Below are positions 24,530 to 38,412 of a stretch of 64,000 nt of DNA, in pieces. The number at the start of each line of letters is the position of its first letter. Position 1 is the first letter of the stretch. Origin of the DNA: Chiloscyllium plagiosum (taxonomy: Eukaryota); assembly GCF_004010195.1 (NCBI RefSeq), contig NC_057718.1:103976342-104040341 (forward strand), read 5' to 3'. Position numbers and translations under genes: made by a program. Under the pieces are notes generated by a model, which worked only from the letters and a program-made list of their open reading frames with translations, did not search any database and was not told the DNA's origin.

Positions 24530-25065
24530 ACAGTCCAGAGAAGATTCACTCGGCTGATCTGAGGTCTGGAAGGACTGTCTTATCAGGAGAGGTTGAGTAG
24601 GTTGGGCCTGTGTTCATTGGAGTTTTGGAGGAATGAGAAGCAACCTTATTGAAACGTGCAAGATTCTTAAGAGACTTGACAAGGGGAGATGTAGAGAGGT
24701 TGTTTCCCCTTGTTGGAGAGTCCAGGAGCTGAGGGTACTTTCTTAGATCAAGGGGTCGTCCATTTCAGACAGAGATGAGGAGGCATTTCTTCTCTCAGAG
24801 GATAGTGACTCTGTGGAATTCTTTATTTATCAGTCAATATTTATCTCTCATTCAACATCATTGCAACCTTTCATTGGGTCATTCAAGGTTGTATATTCAA
24901 GGTTGAGATAGAGAAATTTTTGATCAGGAATGGAATCAAGGCTTATAGGAAAAAGCCAGGAAAGTGGAGTTGAGGATGATCAGATCAGCCTTTGAATGGC
25001 GGATTAGACTTGATGGGCTGAATGGCCTCGCTCTGCTCCTGTATCTATGGTCCTACAGTCTTATG
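24530..25065 (+). mobile_element. CR1-like LINE 3' fragment
   Basis: CR1 RT C-terminal sequence and 3' UTR (gatgggctgaatggcct). Confidence 0.8.
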
Positions 25066-25699
25066 GGGAAGGTCCCAGTTAATTAGAATATGAGATTAGG
25101 ATAGACACAGGCCATTCAGGCCAACCAGTCCAGGCTGGTGTTTACTCCATGCTGAGCATAAACACCAGCATGGATTAGTTGGGCCGAATGGCCTGTTACT
25201 GTGCTGTTTATTCCATGCAATTCCACATTAATTGTGCTCCAATAAACCTGGGAATTACAAACTGAACTAAGTCTATCTTCTTAGTTTCTGTCAATGTGGT
25301 TGCATAGAAACCATTTATTACGAGGTAACATAAAATCACAAGAGGACACAACAGTTTGGACAGCTGCTCATTACGCACCACACCCAATCATCTTATTCTA
25401 TTGAAGATCAAGCAGAGTTGATGCAATAAAACCAGACTCCCATCTGCTGTGGAACCTGGGAGATTATCCCTTATTGTCTTGTGATACTGGCTCAATGGCC
25501 AAACTGGCCAATTGCAGATGTAGCAAGTGACACCATGAAACCCAGTCACAGATACTTCCTAACCAAGCCGTTCAGTGATGTTATTACACACCTCTGGAGC
25601 AGCTGGGACTTGAACCTGGGGCTTCTGCCCCAGAGATGGGGCACTACCACTGTGCCACAAGAGCCCATGGACCTGAACTCTGAATATTTTTAATCAACA

Positions 25700-26115
25700 T
25701 GTTAGACCATAAGACCAAATGAAATAGGAACAGAAATTTGGTCCTTCAAGCCTGCCCCACCATTCAATAGGATCATGGCTGATCCAACATTCCTCACATC
25801 CAATTTCCTCCCTTTCCCTTGATTCCCTGTTGTGATCAAGAATCTATCGATCTCAGCCTTAAACATACACAATGACCTTCTCTCCACAGCTCCAAGGACT
25901 CACAACCCTCTGAGAGACTAAATTTCTGCTCATCTCAGTCTGAAATTGGTGCCCCTTTGTTCTGAGACAGTGCCGTCTGGGCCTAGACCCAGACGGGGAA
26001 CCATCCTCTCAGCATTGACCCTGTCAAGCCCCTTCAGTATCCAATATGTTTCAATGAGACCACCTCTCATTTTTGTCAACACCAATGAGTAGATTCCCAA
26101 CCTGTTTAGCCTCCA
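25700..26115 (-). mobile_element. CR1-like LINE 3' fragment
   Basis: RLNRLGIYSLV..MRGGLIETYWILKGLDRV on the minus strand; (tatggtct)-like tail. Confidence 0.85.
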
Positions 26116-26914
26116 TACTAGCAATCATTGCATTATAACGCACACTCGAAGCAGGTGGGTCTTGATCCCAGGCCTCCTGGCTCTGAGGTAGGAATGCTAC
26201 CACTGTGCCACACGAGCCCTTAATGCCAGGTGATAAAACTGTGCACAACATCCATTTCAAGAACTCAACAAAACCTCTGGAAGGACACTTCAGGAAATAA
26301 AATGGGTGATGTTGCCTTAATCATGTTTGACATTGAAAGTCTTCCAAAGTAAGACGAGAGAGTCTATGAAACAGGCAAGGAGATCCTTTAGACAGAGCTC
26401 CTTAAACAAACTGCATCACTCATAATGTGGTGCTGAACAGCTGAGAAATCTATATTCGTCAAAAAGCCAGGCCACCCAATTTCTTAACATCAAATAGTAT
26501 TCGTCAATAAGCCTGATGAAGCACAAAATGAGAAGTGATCTGCCAATGAATCCATCATGTACCCTGACAGCAGATGATAAAGAAGTTTTATTCTTTGAAG
26601 GTAAATGAACCGTCTATGACAAATAATGACCTGTCAGGAGACTGGCTGCCTGCAGTTCTGACCAGGATCACTAATGATAGATTGCTGCCTGGGATGTCCT
26701 TCTGATCAGATGGTCTCCTGACACACACTGAGCTAATGGAGTGCGATGATATCCCACACACTTTCTTTCACTTGAATGAGGCGCACTTACTGAAAAGCTC
26801 AAATGATTAAAACAGGAATAAATACAAGATGATACCAGATTACACCGTGCCCTGTGAGGCAATTTATTTATTTTGTATGTGCTTTGCAATTTTTATTTTT
26901 TCACTAAGAAATAG

Positions 26915-27260
26915 AAACACAACACACATACACACAGTCTCAATCTCTCACACATGCACACACACAAACAGACAAATGCAAACACACATGCACAGTCTCT
27001 CTCGCACACGCGCACACAGATACGTGCGCACACACATGCACAGCCTCTCTCTCACACAGGCGCACACAGATACATGTGCACACACACACATGCACACAGT
27101 CTCTCCCAAAGACACACACGCACATAGTCTCTGTCTTTCTCACACAGACACACACATGCATACGGTCTCACAGACACAGAGACATGCATGCACACCGTCT
27201 CTCACACACGCACACAGACTCACGTATACACACACACTCACTCACTCAGTCTGTCTGTCA
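26915..27260. repeat. Degenerate (CA)n/(CT)n low-complexity tract
   Basis: Interrupted CA-rich repeats. Confidence 0.9.
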
Positions 27261-27551
27261 CTCATCTGGGCAGAGGTATACTTCAGGCGTCAAGGATAGC
27301 TTTGTAACCTTCCAGCACTGCTCAGAGAGAACAATTGGGAAGGAATTCCTGGAGAATTAACAGCAAATTATGACTAAAACTATGTTTATTATGGTGCCGA
27401 TTCCAGGTGAGACAGACACTCTACCTTCAAGGCAGTTACATGACATTCTGACACATGCCGTTCTGAAATCAAGAGACCTACCTCACCTCCTACCATTCCA
27501 ACTGTGTGACGGAGTCAGTGTCATGAATCAATCAAATGTGTCATATCTTCA

Positions 27552-29950
27552 GTAAGCACAGAGCCCAGACCATGTGTGTGTAAGCACAGAGCCCAGACCG
27601 TGTGTGTAAGCATAGGGCCCAGACATGTGTGTAAGCACAGAGCCCAGACCATGTGTGTAAGCACAGAGCCCAGATTGTGTGTGTAAGCTCAGAGCCCAGA
27701 CCGTGTGTGTAAGCATAGAGCCCAGTCCATGTGTGTAAGCACAGAGCCCAGTCCATGCGTGTAAGCACAGAGCCCAGATCGTGTGTGTAAGCTCAGACCC
27801 CAGACCATGTGTGTAAGCACAGAGCCCAGACCGTGTGTGTAAGCACAGAGCCCAGACCGTGTGTGTAAACACAGAGCCCAGACAGTGTGTGTAAGCACAG
27901 AGCCCAGACCATGTGTGTAAGCACAGGGCCCAGACCGTGTGTATAAGCACAGGGCCCAGACCGTGTGTGTAAACACAGAGCCCAGACCGTGTGTGTAAGC
28001 ACAGGTCCCAGACCGTGTGTGTAAGCACAGGGCCCAGACCGTGCGTGTAAACACAGAGCCCAGACCGTGTGTGTAAGCACAGGGCCCAGACCGTGTGTAT
28101 AAGCACAGGGCCCAGACCGTGTGTGTAAACACAGAGCCCAGACCACGTGTGTAAGCACAGGGCCCAGACCGTGTGTGTAAGCACAGGGCCCAGACCGTGT
28201 GTGTAAGCACAGAGCCCAGACCGTGTGTGTAAGCACAGGGCCCAGACCATGTGTGTAAGCACAGAGCCCAGGCCGTTTGTGTATGCACAGAGCCCAGATT
28301 GTGTGTGTAAGCACAGAGCCCAGACCATGCGCGTAAGCACAGAGCCCAGACAGTGTGTGTAAGCACAGAGCCCAGACCATGTGTGTAAACACAGAGCCCA
28401 GACCGTGTGTGTACGCACAGAGCCCAGACCGTGTGTGTAAACACAGAGCCCAGACGGTGTGTGTAAACACAGAGCCCAGACCATGTGTGTAAACACAGAG
28501 CCCAGACCGTGTGTGTAAGCACAGAGCCCAGACTGTTTGTGTAAGCACAGAGCCCATATTGTGTGTGTAAGCACAGAGCCCAGACCGTGTGTGTAAGCAC
28601 AGAGCCCAGACCGTGTGTGTAAGCACAGAGCCCAGACCATGTGTGTAAGCACAGAGCCCAGACAGTGTGTGTAAGCACAGAGCCCAGACCCTGTGTGTAA
28701 GCTCAGAGCCCAGACCATGTGTGTAAGCTCAGATCCCAGACCATGGTGTAAGCACAGAGCCCAGACAGTGTGTGTAAGCACAGAGCCCAGACCATGTGTG
28801 TAAGCACAGAGCCCAGACAGTGTGTGTAAGCACAGAGCCCAGACCCTGTGTGTAAGCTCAGAGCCCAGACCATGTGTGTAAGCTCAGATCCCAGACCATG
28901 TGTGTAAGCACAGAGCCCAGACAGTGTGTGTAAGCTCAGACCCCAGACCATGTGTGTAATCACAGAGCCCAGACCGTGTGTGTACGCACAGACCCCAGAC
29001 CGTGTGTGTAAGCACAGAGCCCAGACCGTGTGTGTAAACACAGAGCCCAGACAGTGTGTGTAAGCACAGAGCCCAGACCATGTGTGTAAGCACAGGGCCC
29101 AGACCGTGTGTATAAGCACAGGGCCTAGACCGTGTTTGTAAACACAGAGCCCATGCCATGTGTGTAAGCACAGGGCCCAGACCATGTGTATAGCACAGGG
29201 CCCAGACCGTGTGTGTAAACACAGAGCCCAGACCTTGTGTGTAAGCACAGGGCTCAGACCGTGTGTGTAAGCACAGGGCCTAGACCGTGTTTGTAAACAC
29301 AGAGCCCAGACCGTGTGTGTAAGCACAGGGCCCAGACCGTGTGTGTAAACACAGGGCCCAGACCGTGTGTGTAAGCACAGAGCCCAGACCACGTGTGTAA
29401 GCACAGGGCCCAGACCGTGTGTGTAAGCACAGAGCCCAGACCATGTGTGTAAGCACAGAGCCCAGACCGTTTGTGTAAGCACAGAGCCCATATTGTGTGT
29501 GTAAGCACAGAGCCCAGACCATGTACGTAAGCACAGAGCCCAGACCGTGTGTGTAAGCACAGAGCCCAGACCATGTGTGTAAGCACAGAGCCCAGACAGT
29601 GTGTGTAAGCACAGAGCCCATATTGTGTGTGTAAGCACAGGGCCCAGACCATGTGTGTAAGCTCAGAGCCCAGACCGTGTGTGTAAGCTCAGAGCCCAGA
29701 CCGTGTGTGTAAGCACACAGCCCAGACCATGTTTGTAAACATAGAGCCCAGACCGTGTGTGTAAGCACAGAGCCCATATTGTGTGTGTAAGCACAGAGCC
29801 CAGACCATGTGTGTAAGCACAGAGCCCAGACCATGTGTGTGTACACACAGACCCCAGACCGTGTGTGTAAGCACAGGGCCCAGACCGTGTGTGTAAGCAC
29901 AGGGCCCAGACCATGTGTGTAAGCACAGAGCCCAGACTCTCTGTGTAAGC
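27552..29950. repeat. 26-bp minisatellite (aagcacagagcccagaccgtgtgtgt), ~2.4 kb
   Basis: Tandem array; the 26-aa periodicity of the spurious ORFs equals three units. Confidence 0.97.
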
Positions 29951-32069
29951 CTGTGATATTGTAGCCATGTAAATAGTCAGTTTTGTAAATAACCTACAGA
30001 AGCTTATATGTTGCTATGGTACATGTCACATGGTCTAACGTAAGCAGAAATCCATAAGACGGCACTAAACTATTCATATGGAACTGTGACTGGTGTTTCA
30101 ATGACTGTAGCAATATAGGAACACAGGTAGGCCATTCATCCTAGCCTAAGCCTATTCTACTGTTCAATAATATCATCATTTACACTGAACTCTATTTAAT
30201 CATCTCTGCATCATTCTGATGATTTGCAATCCAATTAGCTTTTCATCTTTTGACACCAATTCATTCAATATGTCCTATCGGTATAATCCTCTAGGTCTTG
30301 ATCTCATTTTGTTCAGTCTGCTGTCCCCTTGCCGTGTTACCTAATGTAATCTGAGGAGGTGCAGTGTCCAGGACAGAGCCTGGGTTCTCCAAATGCAGGT
30401 CTGGCCAAGGTTCTATTTGACAGAAACACAACTTCCCACTGTCTGTATTGTAGGACATTGAAATTCAGTGTCAATCAGGATGCTATAACTGATCTCACAA
30501 CTCGTAGCATCAGCAAGAGAGGAGATACCAGTCCAGAATGAGTATGTACAGAGAGCGCTGCATTAGAGAGCTGTCCTTGAGAATGTACTATGTGCTGATG
30601 TAAATGCAGGAGTGTTACAGTACATATGGAATTAAAGAGCCCAATCTAATGATCATGATTCAGAGATGGTGAAACACCATTGAAACACCAATCTAATGAT
30701 CAGGGGCAAGTTGCCTCAAGGACTGGGTATGAGCAGATACCGTGAGATACTCCAGATTAGTTTCTCCATGTGCAAGTAGCTGTGCTAGCTTAAAACATAT
30801 CGTGACCCCCTGAGACAAAGGTCAACATTGCATTAGCCCTTTCTGATTATTATTATATAAAAGTTTTCAATTCACTTCAAGGTCAAATTCAGGGCAATGT
30901 CAACTCTGCACAGTAAATGTCCTTGCTGTTTGTTCTCCTTACTCTATCAGCAGAGTTGGAAGATTCTTAGTAAAGCAACATTGTTTTAGTGAAAGAAAAA
31001 CTACCCTCAATCTCCTTCAGCTTGAAGTGAACTTTGTTCTGGTTTTGGATTCAATCAGTGAAAATAAAATTAGGATTTTCAATATATGCGCCACATTTCA
31101 CAATGAAACAAATGTAAACGAGCAGGAAATAAGCGATCACGGTGTGAAAGAATTTGATGCTTTGCTGACAGACCTAAGTGTGGAATTTTAAATCTCAGCT
31201 CACTGAATTTTATTAAAAATTGCAGCAGAAGCTTATTAATCACTTCTATCCATTGACTGTTACTGAATGGAGTTTGCAAGGGTGCTATTTATCAGAGCTT
31301 TTAATTTTGTCTTCTAAAGCTGGAAGCTAAAGTTTACATTCACTCTGGTGCAATCCTCTCATAAATGCAGCAGTCAGGGTGGAGGGGTGATTGACAGGGG
31401 GGCTATCATCCAGGGCTGTATGGCTGTGGTTCATACTGACTCTAACTCAGTCAAAATCTTTATCTACCTTTTCAACTGATTGATCGAATGTGGGCATTGA
31501 ATGCTGGTCCAGCATTTGTTGTCTGTCGCTAATTGCCTGGGTGATGGTGATGATGGGTCACTCCCTTTACTGAGTGGTTTCGCTTCCAGAAAGGTATCTC
31601 CCATGTTGTTCTGGGTCTGCAGTCACATACAGGCCTGCGTGGGGCATAGGGGATGACTGAACCAGATAGGCTTTTGCAACAACCCAAGCACTTCATTGTC
31701 ACCATTTCTGACAGTAGATTTTGATTTACTTAATGGTCCAAACGTCAACTCTCCCGGACTTCACCTGACAAAGGGGCAGCGCTCTGCAAGCTAGTGATTT
31801 CAAATAAACCTGTTGGACTATAACCTGGTGTCGTGTGACTTCTGACACTGCCAGTTCCCATGCTTGGATTTCTGTGGATCATTAGTCTCAGATTCTGAAA
31901 GCAGGTGAAATCGGCACCATCCAGTGCAAAGAGACTCACTGAACAGGATCAGGGTTGACTTAATGTCTGATCTCCTGAAGGCTGCAAATATTTTTGGCAA
32001 ATGGTTAGCCCCTTCTAAAGGGGGAGCTGAGGCGACTGGCTCAGGTGGGGAAGGAGGTCTAGTTAATTA

Positions 32070-32600
32070 GATCATACAACACAGGAGCAGAAATTAGGCC
32101 ATTCAGCCCATTGAGTCTGCTCCCACCATTCAATCATGGCTGATAAGTTTCTCAACCCCATTCTCCCACTTTTTCCCTGTAACCCTTGATCTTCAAGAAT
32201 CTATCTATCTCAGTCTTAAATATACTCAGTCACCTGGCCTCCACAGCCTTCTGTGGCAGTGAATTCCATAGATTCCCCACTCTCTGGATGAAGAAGTTTC
32301 TCCTTATCTCCATTCTAAATGGTCTTCCCTTTACTCTGAGGCTGTGCCCTCAGGCCCTAGTCTCTCCTCCCGATGGAAACATTTTCCCAACATCTACTCT
32401 GTCCAGGCCATTCAGTATTCTGTAAGTTTTAATTAAATCTCCCTTCCTTCTTCCAAACTCAATCGAGTATAGACCCTCATATGTTAAGCTTTTCATTCCT
32501 GGGACCATTCTCATGAAGCTTCTCAGAACACGCTCCAGGGTAGTAGTGTACATCCTTCCTGAGATTTGGGGCTCAGAACTGCACACAATACTCCAAATAA
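32070..32600 (-). mobile_element. CR1-like LINE fragment
   Basis: LERVLRSFMRMVPGMKSLTYE..KGDLIKTYRILNGLDRVD on the minus strand. Confidence 0.85.
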
Positions 32601-33439
32601 GGGCATTGTGACAAAATAAGGGTATTCTGCATCACTTTCCCCAGCAGAGGATATCTTAACCTCTCCAATCTGGACCAGGAGGGTCTCTGGGAGACATGTA
32701 TGCTTCATTATAACCACAGAGAATGCCAGAGAAACTCTGAAGAAAAATCAGACTGGACTCAAAACTTTGAATCTATTTCTCTCTCTACAGACACTGCCAG
32801 ACATGCTGGGTGTCTCCAGGAATTTCCAGTGTTTGCTTCAGATCTCCAGAATCCGCAGTATTTTATTTTATTACAGAGTATCCCGAGTGATGAGAATCCC
32901 TTACTTACCTGAAGAAACCTTGCGTGAGCCACTCAAATACTTGCAGCGTCACCTAAACTAGATACCAGATTGTCCTGAATCATACTGAGAGATATACTCA
33001 CTCTGTCCCAATTACTGCTCATCTTAAATTAATATACACTTTATATCTAATTCATCTCCATTACATTGCCACCAATAAACCTCCCCTGCATTGAAACATT
33101 CAGTCACCTGCTCACTTTAAGCCTGTTAAAATGACTGAAATGAAATAATCAGGTTCACTGTGCTGCCAACGTGGGCATTTCAAAAGAATGCTATGGGACG
33201 ATATTGGAGAAACATTTAAACTTGTATGAAATCCTCGTCTCTGTTTATAACAGGCAAACTCGGATCTTTCCAAATCAGTCTTCACAATCACAGGGAATGA
33301 GGGAGGGTCTGTGGGAGGGGTGCCAGGAATGGTAGACTTTGGGTTACTTGGGATGCACCTGGAGCAGCACCGCCCCAACCCTTGGCAGAGGGGGAGAGCC
33401 AGAGGAAATTTGATCCAGGTTTGCAAAATGATGAGAGAT

Positions 33440-34215
33440 CTGGACTGAGAATCAAAGCAGGACTTATACACTTAAAGGTAAGGTCCTTGGGAGTGTTGCT
33501 GAACAAAGAGATCTTGGAGTGCAGGTTCATAGCTCCTTGAAAGTGGAGTCGCAGGTAGATAGGATAGTGAAGAAGGCATTTGGTATGCTTTGCTTTATTG
33601 GTTAGAGTATTGAGTACGGGAGTTGGGAGGTCATGTTGTGGCTGTACAGGGCATTGATTAGGCCACTTTTGGAATATTGCGTGAAATTCTGGTCGCCCTC
33701 CTATTGGAAGGATGTTGTAAAACTTGATAGGGTTCAGAAAAGATTTACAAGGATGTTGCCAGGATTGGAGGATTTGAGCTACAGGGAGAGGCTGAACAGG
33801 CTGGGGCTGTTTTCCCTGGAGTGTTGGAGGCTGAGGGGTGACCTTATAGAGGTTTATAAAATCATGAGAGACATGGATAGGATAAATGGACAAGGTCTTT
33901 TTCCTGAGGTGGGGAGTCCAGACCTAGAGGGCATGAGTTTAGGGTGAGAGGGAAAAGATATAAAAGAGACTTAAGGGGCAAAATTTTCACACAGAGGGTG
34001 GTACGTGTATGGAATGAGCTGCCAGAGGAAGTGGTGGAGGCTGGTACAATTACAACATTTAAAAGGCATCTGGATGGATATATGAATAGGAAAGGTTTAG
34101 AGGGATATGGGCCAGGTGCTGGCAAATGGGATTAGATTGGGTTAGAATATCTGGTCGGTATGGCCGAGTTGGACCGAAGGGTCAGTTTCCGTGCTGTACA
34201 CCTGAATGACTCTGT
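33440..34215 (+). mobile_element. CR1/HER1-like LINE 3' part, well preserved
   Basis: LYRALIRPLLEYCVKFWSPSYWKDVVKLDRVQKRFTRMLPGL; FTQRVVRVWNELPEEVVEAGT. Confidence 0.93.
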
Positions 34216-35620
34216 GAGTGGATACAGAGGAGGTGTTCCCATTGGTGGAAGGACTGAGAACCAGAGGGTACAGATGGCAGAGAAATGACCATCTGAGGAA
34301 AATCTTTTGTATACCTCAGATGATTAGGGTCTGGAAGGCAGTGCCTAGCAGAGAGGTGGGGACAGAATCATTTGCTCCAAGAAAAGAAAGAATTAGAGGG
34401 CTGCGGCAGTGAATGAGGGAGCTGGAGTCTTCCTCATGAAGTAAAGAGCTGGTCTAATGGCAGCACTGTAATCATTGCTAGTTGTGTTAAATACCCATCT
34501 GATTCACTTCTGGGAAGGAAATCTGCCATCCTTACCTGGTCTGGCCTACATGTGACTCCAGACCCACAGCAATGTGGTTGACTCTTAACTGCCCAGTGAA
34601 GTGACCCCCGCACGCCTCTCAGCTCAAGGGCGGGGGGCAGTAAATGCTGGCCCAGCCAGCGACACACACATCTTACCAATGCCTTCTGTTTTAAAACAAA
34701 GACGTGCTGATGAGGGGAAGTGGGAATTAATTGTGAACGAGGTCAAAGTGGGCAGCAGCACATGCAGAGCTCAGTCGGAATGTGCGTGAGGCAGGATACA
34801 AATCCAGTCCAAGATCAGCCAAAACCGAGCATCATTTCCAGAGGTTCCCAAGAGCAACCCACCCCATTCCCCCCTCCCATCATACCTCCCCTACCCCCAC
34901 CCCCACCGCACAGCTATGAGGAGAATGAACCACTGTTGGCTATGGAAATGGAAAATATCTGCACTGTACTGATGGCTACAAAAGGTTATTACAATGGAAG
35001 GGTGTCGTTCATTCAGTTACAATATTAACGAGGAAAGGCAGGAGATAGTAAGCCCTAATTCCCAGGCAGTTTGGGAACTGATCCGATAGAAATATAATTG
35101 AACATCATGGTGCGCTTTAGCACCTGCACTGAAGCACGGCACAGGAGACCCAACCAATAGCCCACAACAATTTTGAAGCACAGTTTCTGGGGAATAATAT
35201 TTTATAATCATCACGTTTTGCCTGGGATAAACATTTCATTTGCATTTTCACACCTTCCAGATATGGATCTTAGGGGAATGTGATCACAAACGCTCATTAC
35301 GATTAGAAATTCCAACATTTCAAAACCCATCATCATTTTACTGCTTCCCGGTCAGCTCATAAAACATTGCCCAATTTGAAGAAAGGCATGTTAACACTCC
35401 TCGAATTCTTAATGTCTTCACCGTGCCACACCCAGCAATAATTACTGAAAAACATTTGATTTATTTCTTGACACGTGTGCCTGGTTTCAAAATACAGTGA
35501 AAAGTGTTGTATAGTGTCACCACTCTCCAGTGCCATCTCAAAACACAGAAAAATAAACAAAACACAGACGATAAAGGTAGAAAAATGAAGAAACAAAGAA
35601 AGAGTCCAGCTTCACAGTCA

Positions 35621-35747
35621 TGATGTGGAGGAGCCGGTGTTGAACTAGGGTAGACAAAGTTAAAAATCGCATAACACCAGGTTACAGTCCAACAGGTTTA
35701 TTTGGAAGCACTAGCTTTCGGAGCGTCGCTCCTTCATCTGGTGGTTG
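35621..35747 (-). mobile_element. Penelope-derived terminal fragment (second family) nested in the composite element
   Basis: Minus strand CaGATGA-A-GGAGCG(A)CGCTCC-GAAA-GC(TAGT)GC-TT, then aataaacctgttggactgtaacctggtgtt. Confidence 0.75.
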
Positions 35748-36009
35748 TCCCTCTTGTTAAGTACTCCACTATGGGCTATGAGTCTGGGTGGCCAGCTATG
35801 AGTCCCCATCATCGATCAGCCGCGCTCACTCATCAGTGCCATCTCACCCCCACCGATGCCTGCATCTCACTGACTTGCCCGGTGTTACCAGGAACCGCAG
35901 AGGCCCAAACCCAACTCCTCCGGCTCCACGGGTCGACCTCGGGCCGACCTCACCGATACAACCACGGCTCACAGACTCACCTCCAACATTGACACCACAA
36001 GCCACACGG

Positions 36010-38412
36010 TTGGGCCACTCCAGTCCGTGCTGCTGGTCCCACTCCAGTCTGTGCTTGTTGGGCCCACTCCAGTCCATGCTGCTGGTCCCACTCCAGTCTG
36101 TGCTGCTGGGCCCCACTCCAGTCCATGCTGCTGGTCCCACTCCAGTCCGTGCTGCTGGACCCCACTCCAGTCTGTGCTTGTTGGGCCCACTCCAATCTGT
36201 GCTGTTGGACCCCACTCCAGTCCATGCTGCTGGGCCCACTCCAGTCTGTGCTGTTGGACCCACTCCAGTCCGTGCTGCTGGGCCCACTCCAGTCTGTGCT
36301 ACTGGGCCCCACTCCAGTCTGTGCTACTGGGCCCCACTCCATTCTGTGCTGCTGGGCCCACTCCAATCTGTGCTGTTGGGCCCATTCCAGTCTGTGCTGT
36401 TGGGTCCACTCCAGTCTGTGCTGCTGGGCCCACTCCAGACCGTGCTGCTGGGCCCACTCCAGTCTGTGCTACTCGGCCCCACTCCATTCTGTGCTGCTGG
36501 GCCCCACTCCAGACCGTGCTGCAGGGCCCACTCCAGTCTGTGCTACTCGGCCCCACTCCATTCTGTGCTGCTGGGCCCCACTCCAGTCCGTGCTGCTGGG
36601 CCCCACTCCAGTCTGTGCTGTTGGGCCCACTCCAGTCTGTGCTGTTGGACCCACTCCAGTCTGTGCTACTGGGCCCCACTCCAGTCCGTGCTGCTGGGCC
36701 CACTCCAATCTGTGCTGTTGGGCCCCACTCCAGTCCGAGCTGCTGGGCCCACTCCAATCTGTGCTGTTGGACCCACTCCAGTCTGTGCTGTTGGACCCAC
36801 TTCAGTCTGTGCTGTTGTACCCATTCCAGTCCGTGCTGCTGGGCCCCACTCCAGTCTGTGCTACTGGGCCCCACTCCAGTCCGTGCTGCTGGGCCCACTC
36901 CAATCTGTGCTGTTGGGCCCACTCCAGTCTGTGCTGTTGGACCCACTTCAGTCTGTGCTGTTGTACCCACTCCAGTCCGTGCTGCTGGGCCCCACTCCAG
37001 TCCGTGCTGCTGGGCCCACTCCAGTCCGAGCGGTTGGGCCCACTCCAGTCTGTGCTGCTGGGCCCACTCCAGTCCGAGCTGCTGGGCCCACTCCAGTCTG
37101 TGCTGCTGGGCCCACTCCAGTCTGTGCTGTTGGGCCCACTCCAGTCTGTGCTGCTGGGCCCCACTCCAGTTTGTGCTGCTGGGCCCCACTCCAGTCTGTG
37201 CTGTTGGGCCCACTCCAGTCTGTGCTAGTTGGCACCACTCCAGTCTGTGCTGCTGGGCCCCACTCCAGTCTGTGCTTGTTGGGCCCATTCCAGTCTGTGC
37301 TGCTGGGCCCCACTCCAGTCTGTGCTGCTGGGCCCCACTCCAGTCTGTGCTGTTGGGCCCACTCCAGTCTGTGCTTGTTGGGCCCACTCCAGTCTGTGCT
37401 GCTGGTCCCACTCCAGTCTGTGCTTGTTGGGCCCACTCCAGTCCATTATGCTGAGCCCCACTCCAGTCCGAGCTGCTGGGCCCACTCCAGTCCGTGCTGC
37501 TGGGCCCCACTCCAGTCTGTGCTTTTTGGGCCCACTCCAGTCTGTGCTGCTGGGCCCACTCCAGTCCGTGCTGCTGGGCCCCATTCCAGTCTGTGCTGCT
37601 GGGCCCACTCCAGTCTGTGCTGCTGGGCCCCACTCCAGTCTGTGCTTGTTGGGCCCACTCCAGTCTGTGCTGCTGGGCCCGCTCCAGTCTGTGCTTGTTG
37701 GGCCCACTCCAGTCTGTGCTTGTTGGGCCCACTCCAGTCTGTGCTTGTTGGGCCCACTCCAGTCTGTGCTGCTGGGCCCCACTCCAGTCTGTGCTGCTGG
37801 GCCCACTCCAGTCTGGCTTGTTGGGCTCACTCCAGTCTGTGCTTGTTGGGCCCACTCCAGTCTGTGCTGCGGGGCCCCACTCCAGTCTGTGCTGTTGGGC
37901 CCGCTCCAGTCTGTCCTGTTGGGCCCACTCCAGTCTGTGCTGCTGGGCCCCACTCCAGTCTGTGTTTGTTGGGCCCACTCCAGTCTGTGCTGTTGGGCCC
38001 ACTCCAGTCTGTGCTGCTGGGCCCACTCCAGTCTGTGCTGTTGGGCCCACTCCAGTCTGTGCTTGTTGGGCCCACTCCAGTTCATGCTGCTGGGCCCACT
38101 CCAGTCTGTGCTTGTTGGGCCCACTCCAGTCTGTGCTGCTGGGCCCACTCCAGTCCGTGCTGCTGGGCCCACTCCAGTTCATGCTGCTGGGCCCACTCCA
38201 GTCCGTGCTGCTGGGCCCACTCCAGTTCATGCTGCTGGGCCCCACTCCAGTCTGTGCTGTTGGGCCCCACTCCAGTCTGTGCTGTTGGGCCCACTCCAGT
38301 CTGTGCTGTTGGGCCCATTCCAGTCTGTGGTGTTGGGCCCACTCCAATCTGTGGTGTTGGGCCCACTCCAGTCTGTGCTGCTGGGCCCACTCCAGTCCGT
38401 GCTGCTGGGCCC
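36010..38412. repeat. 24/25-bp minisatellite (gggcccactccagtctgtgctgct), ~2.4 kb
   Basis: Tandem array; source of the GPLQSVLL/GPTPVCAA periodic ORFs. Confidence 0.97.

Noticed and set aside
27549..29968. Long LTHTVWALC-repeat ORFs
   Set aside because: Artefact of the 26-bp tandem unit.
34720..35028. Proline-rich ORF (PPPIIPPLPPPPPH)
   Set aside because: Produced by a C-rich tract; no splice signals or recognisable domain.
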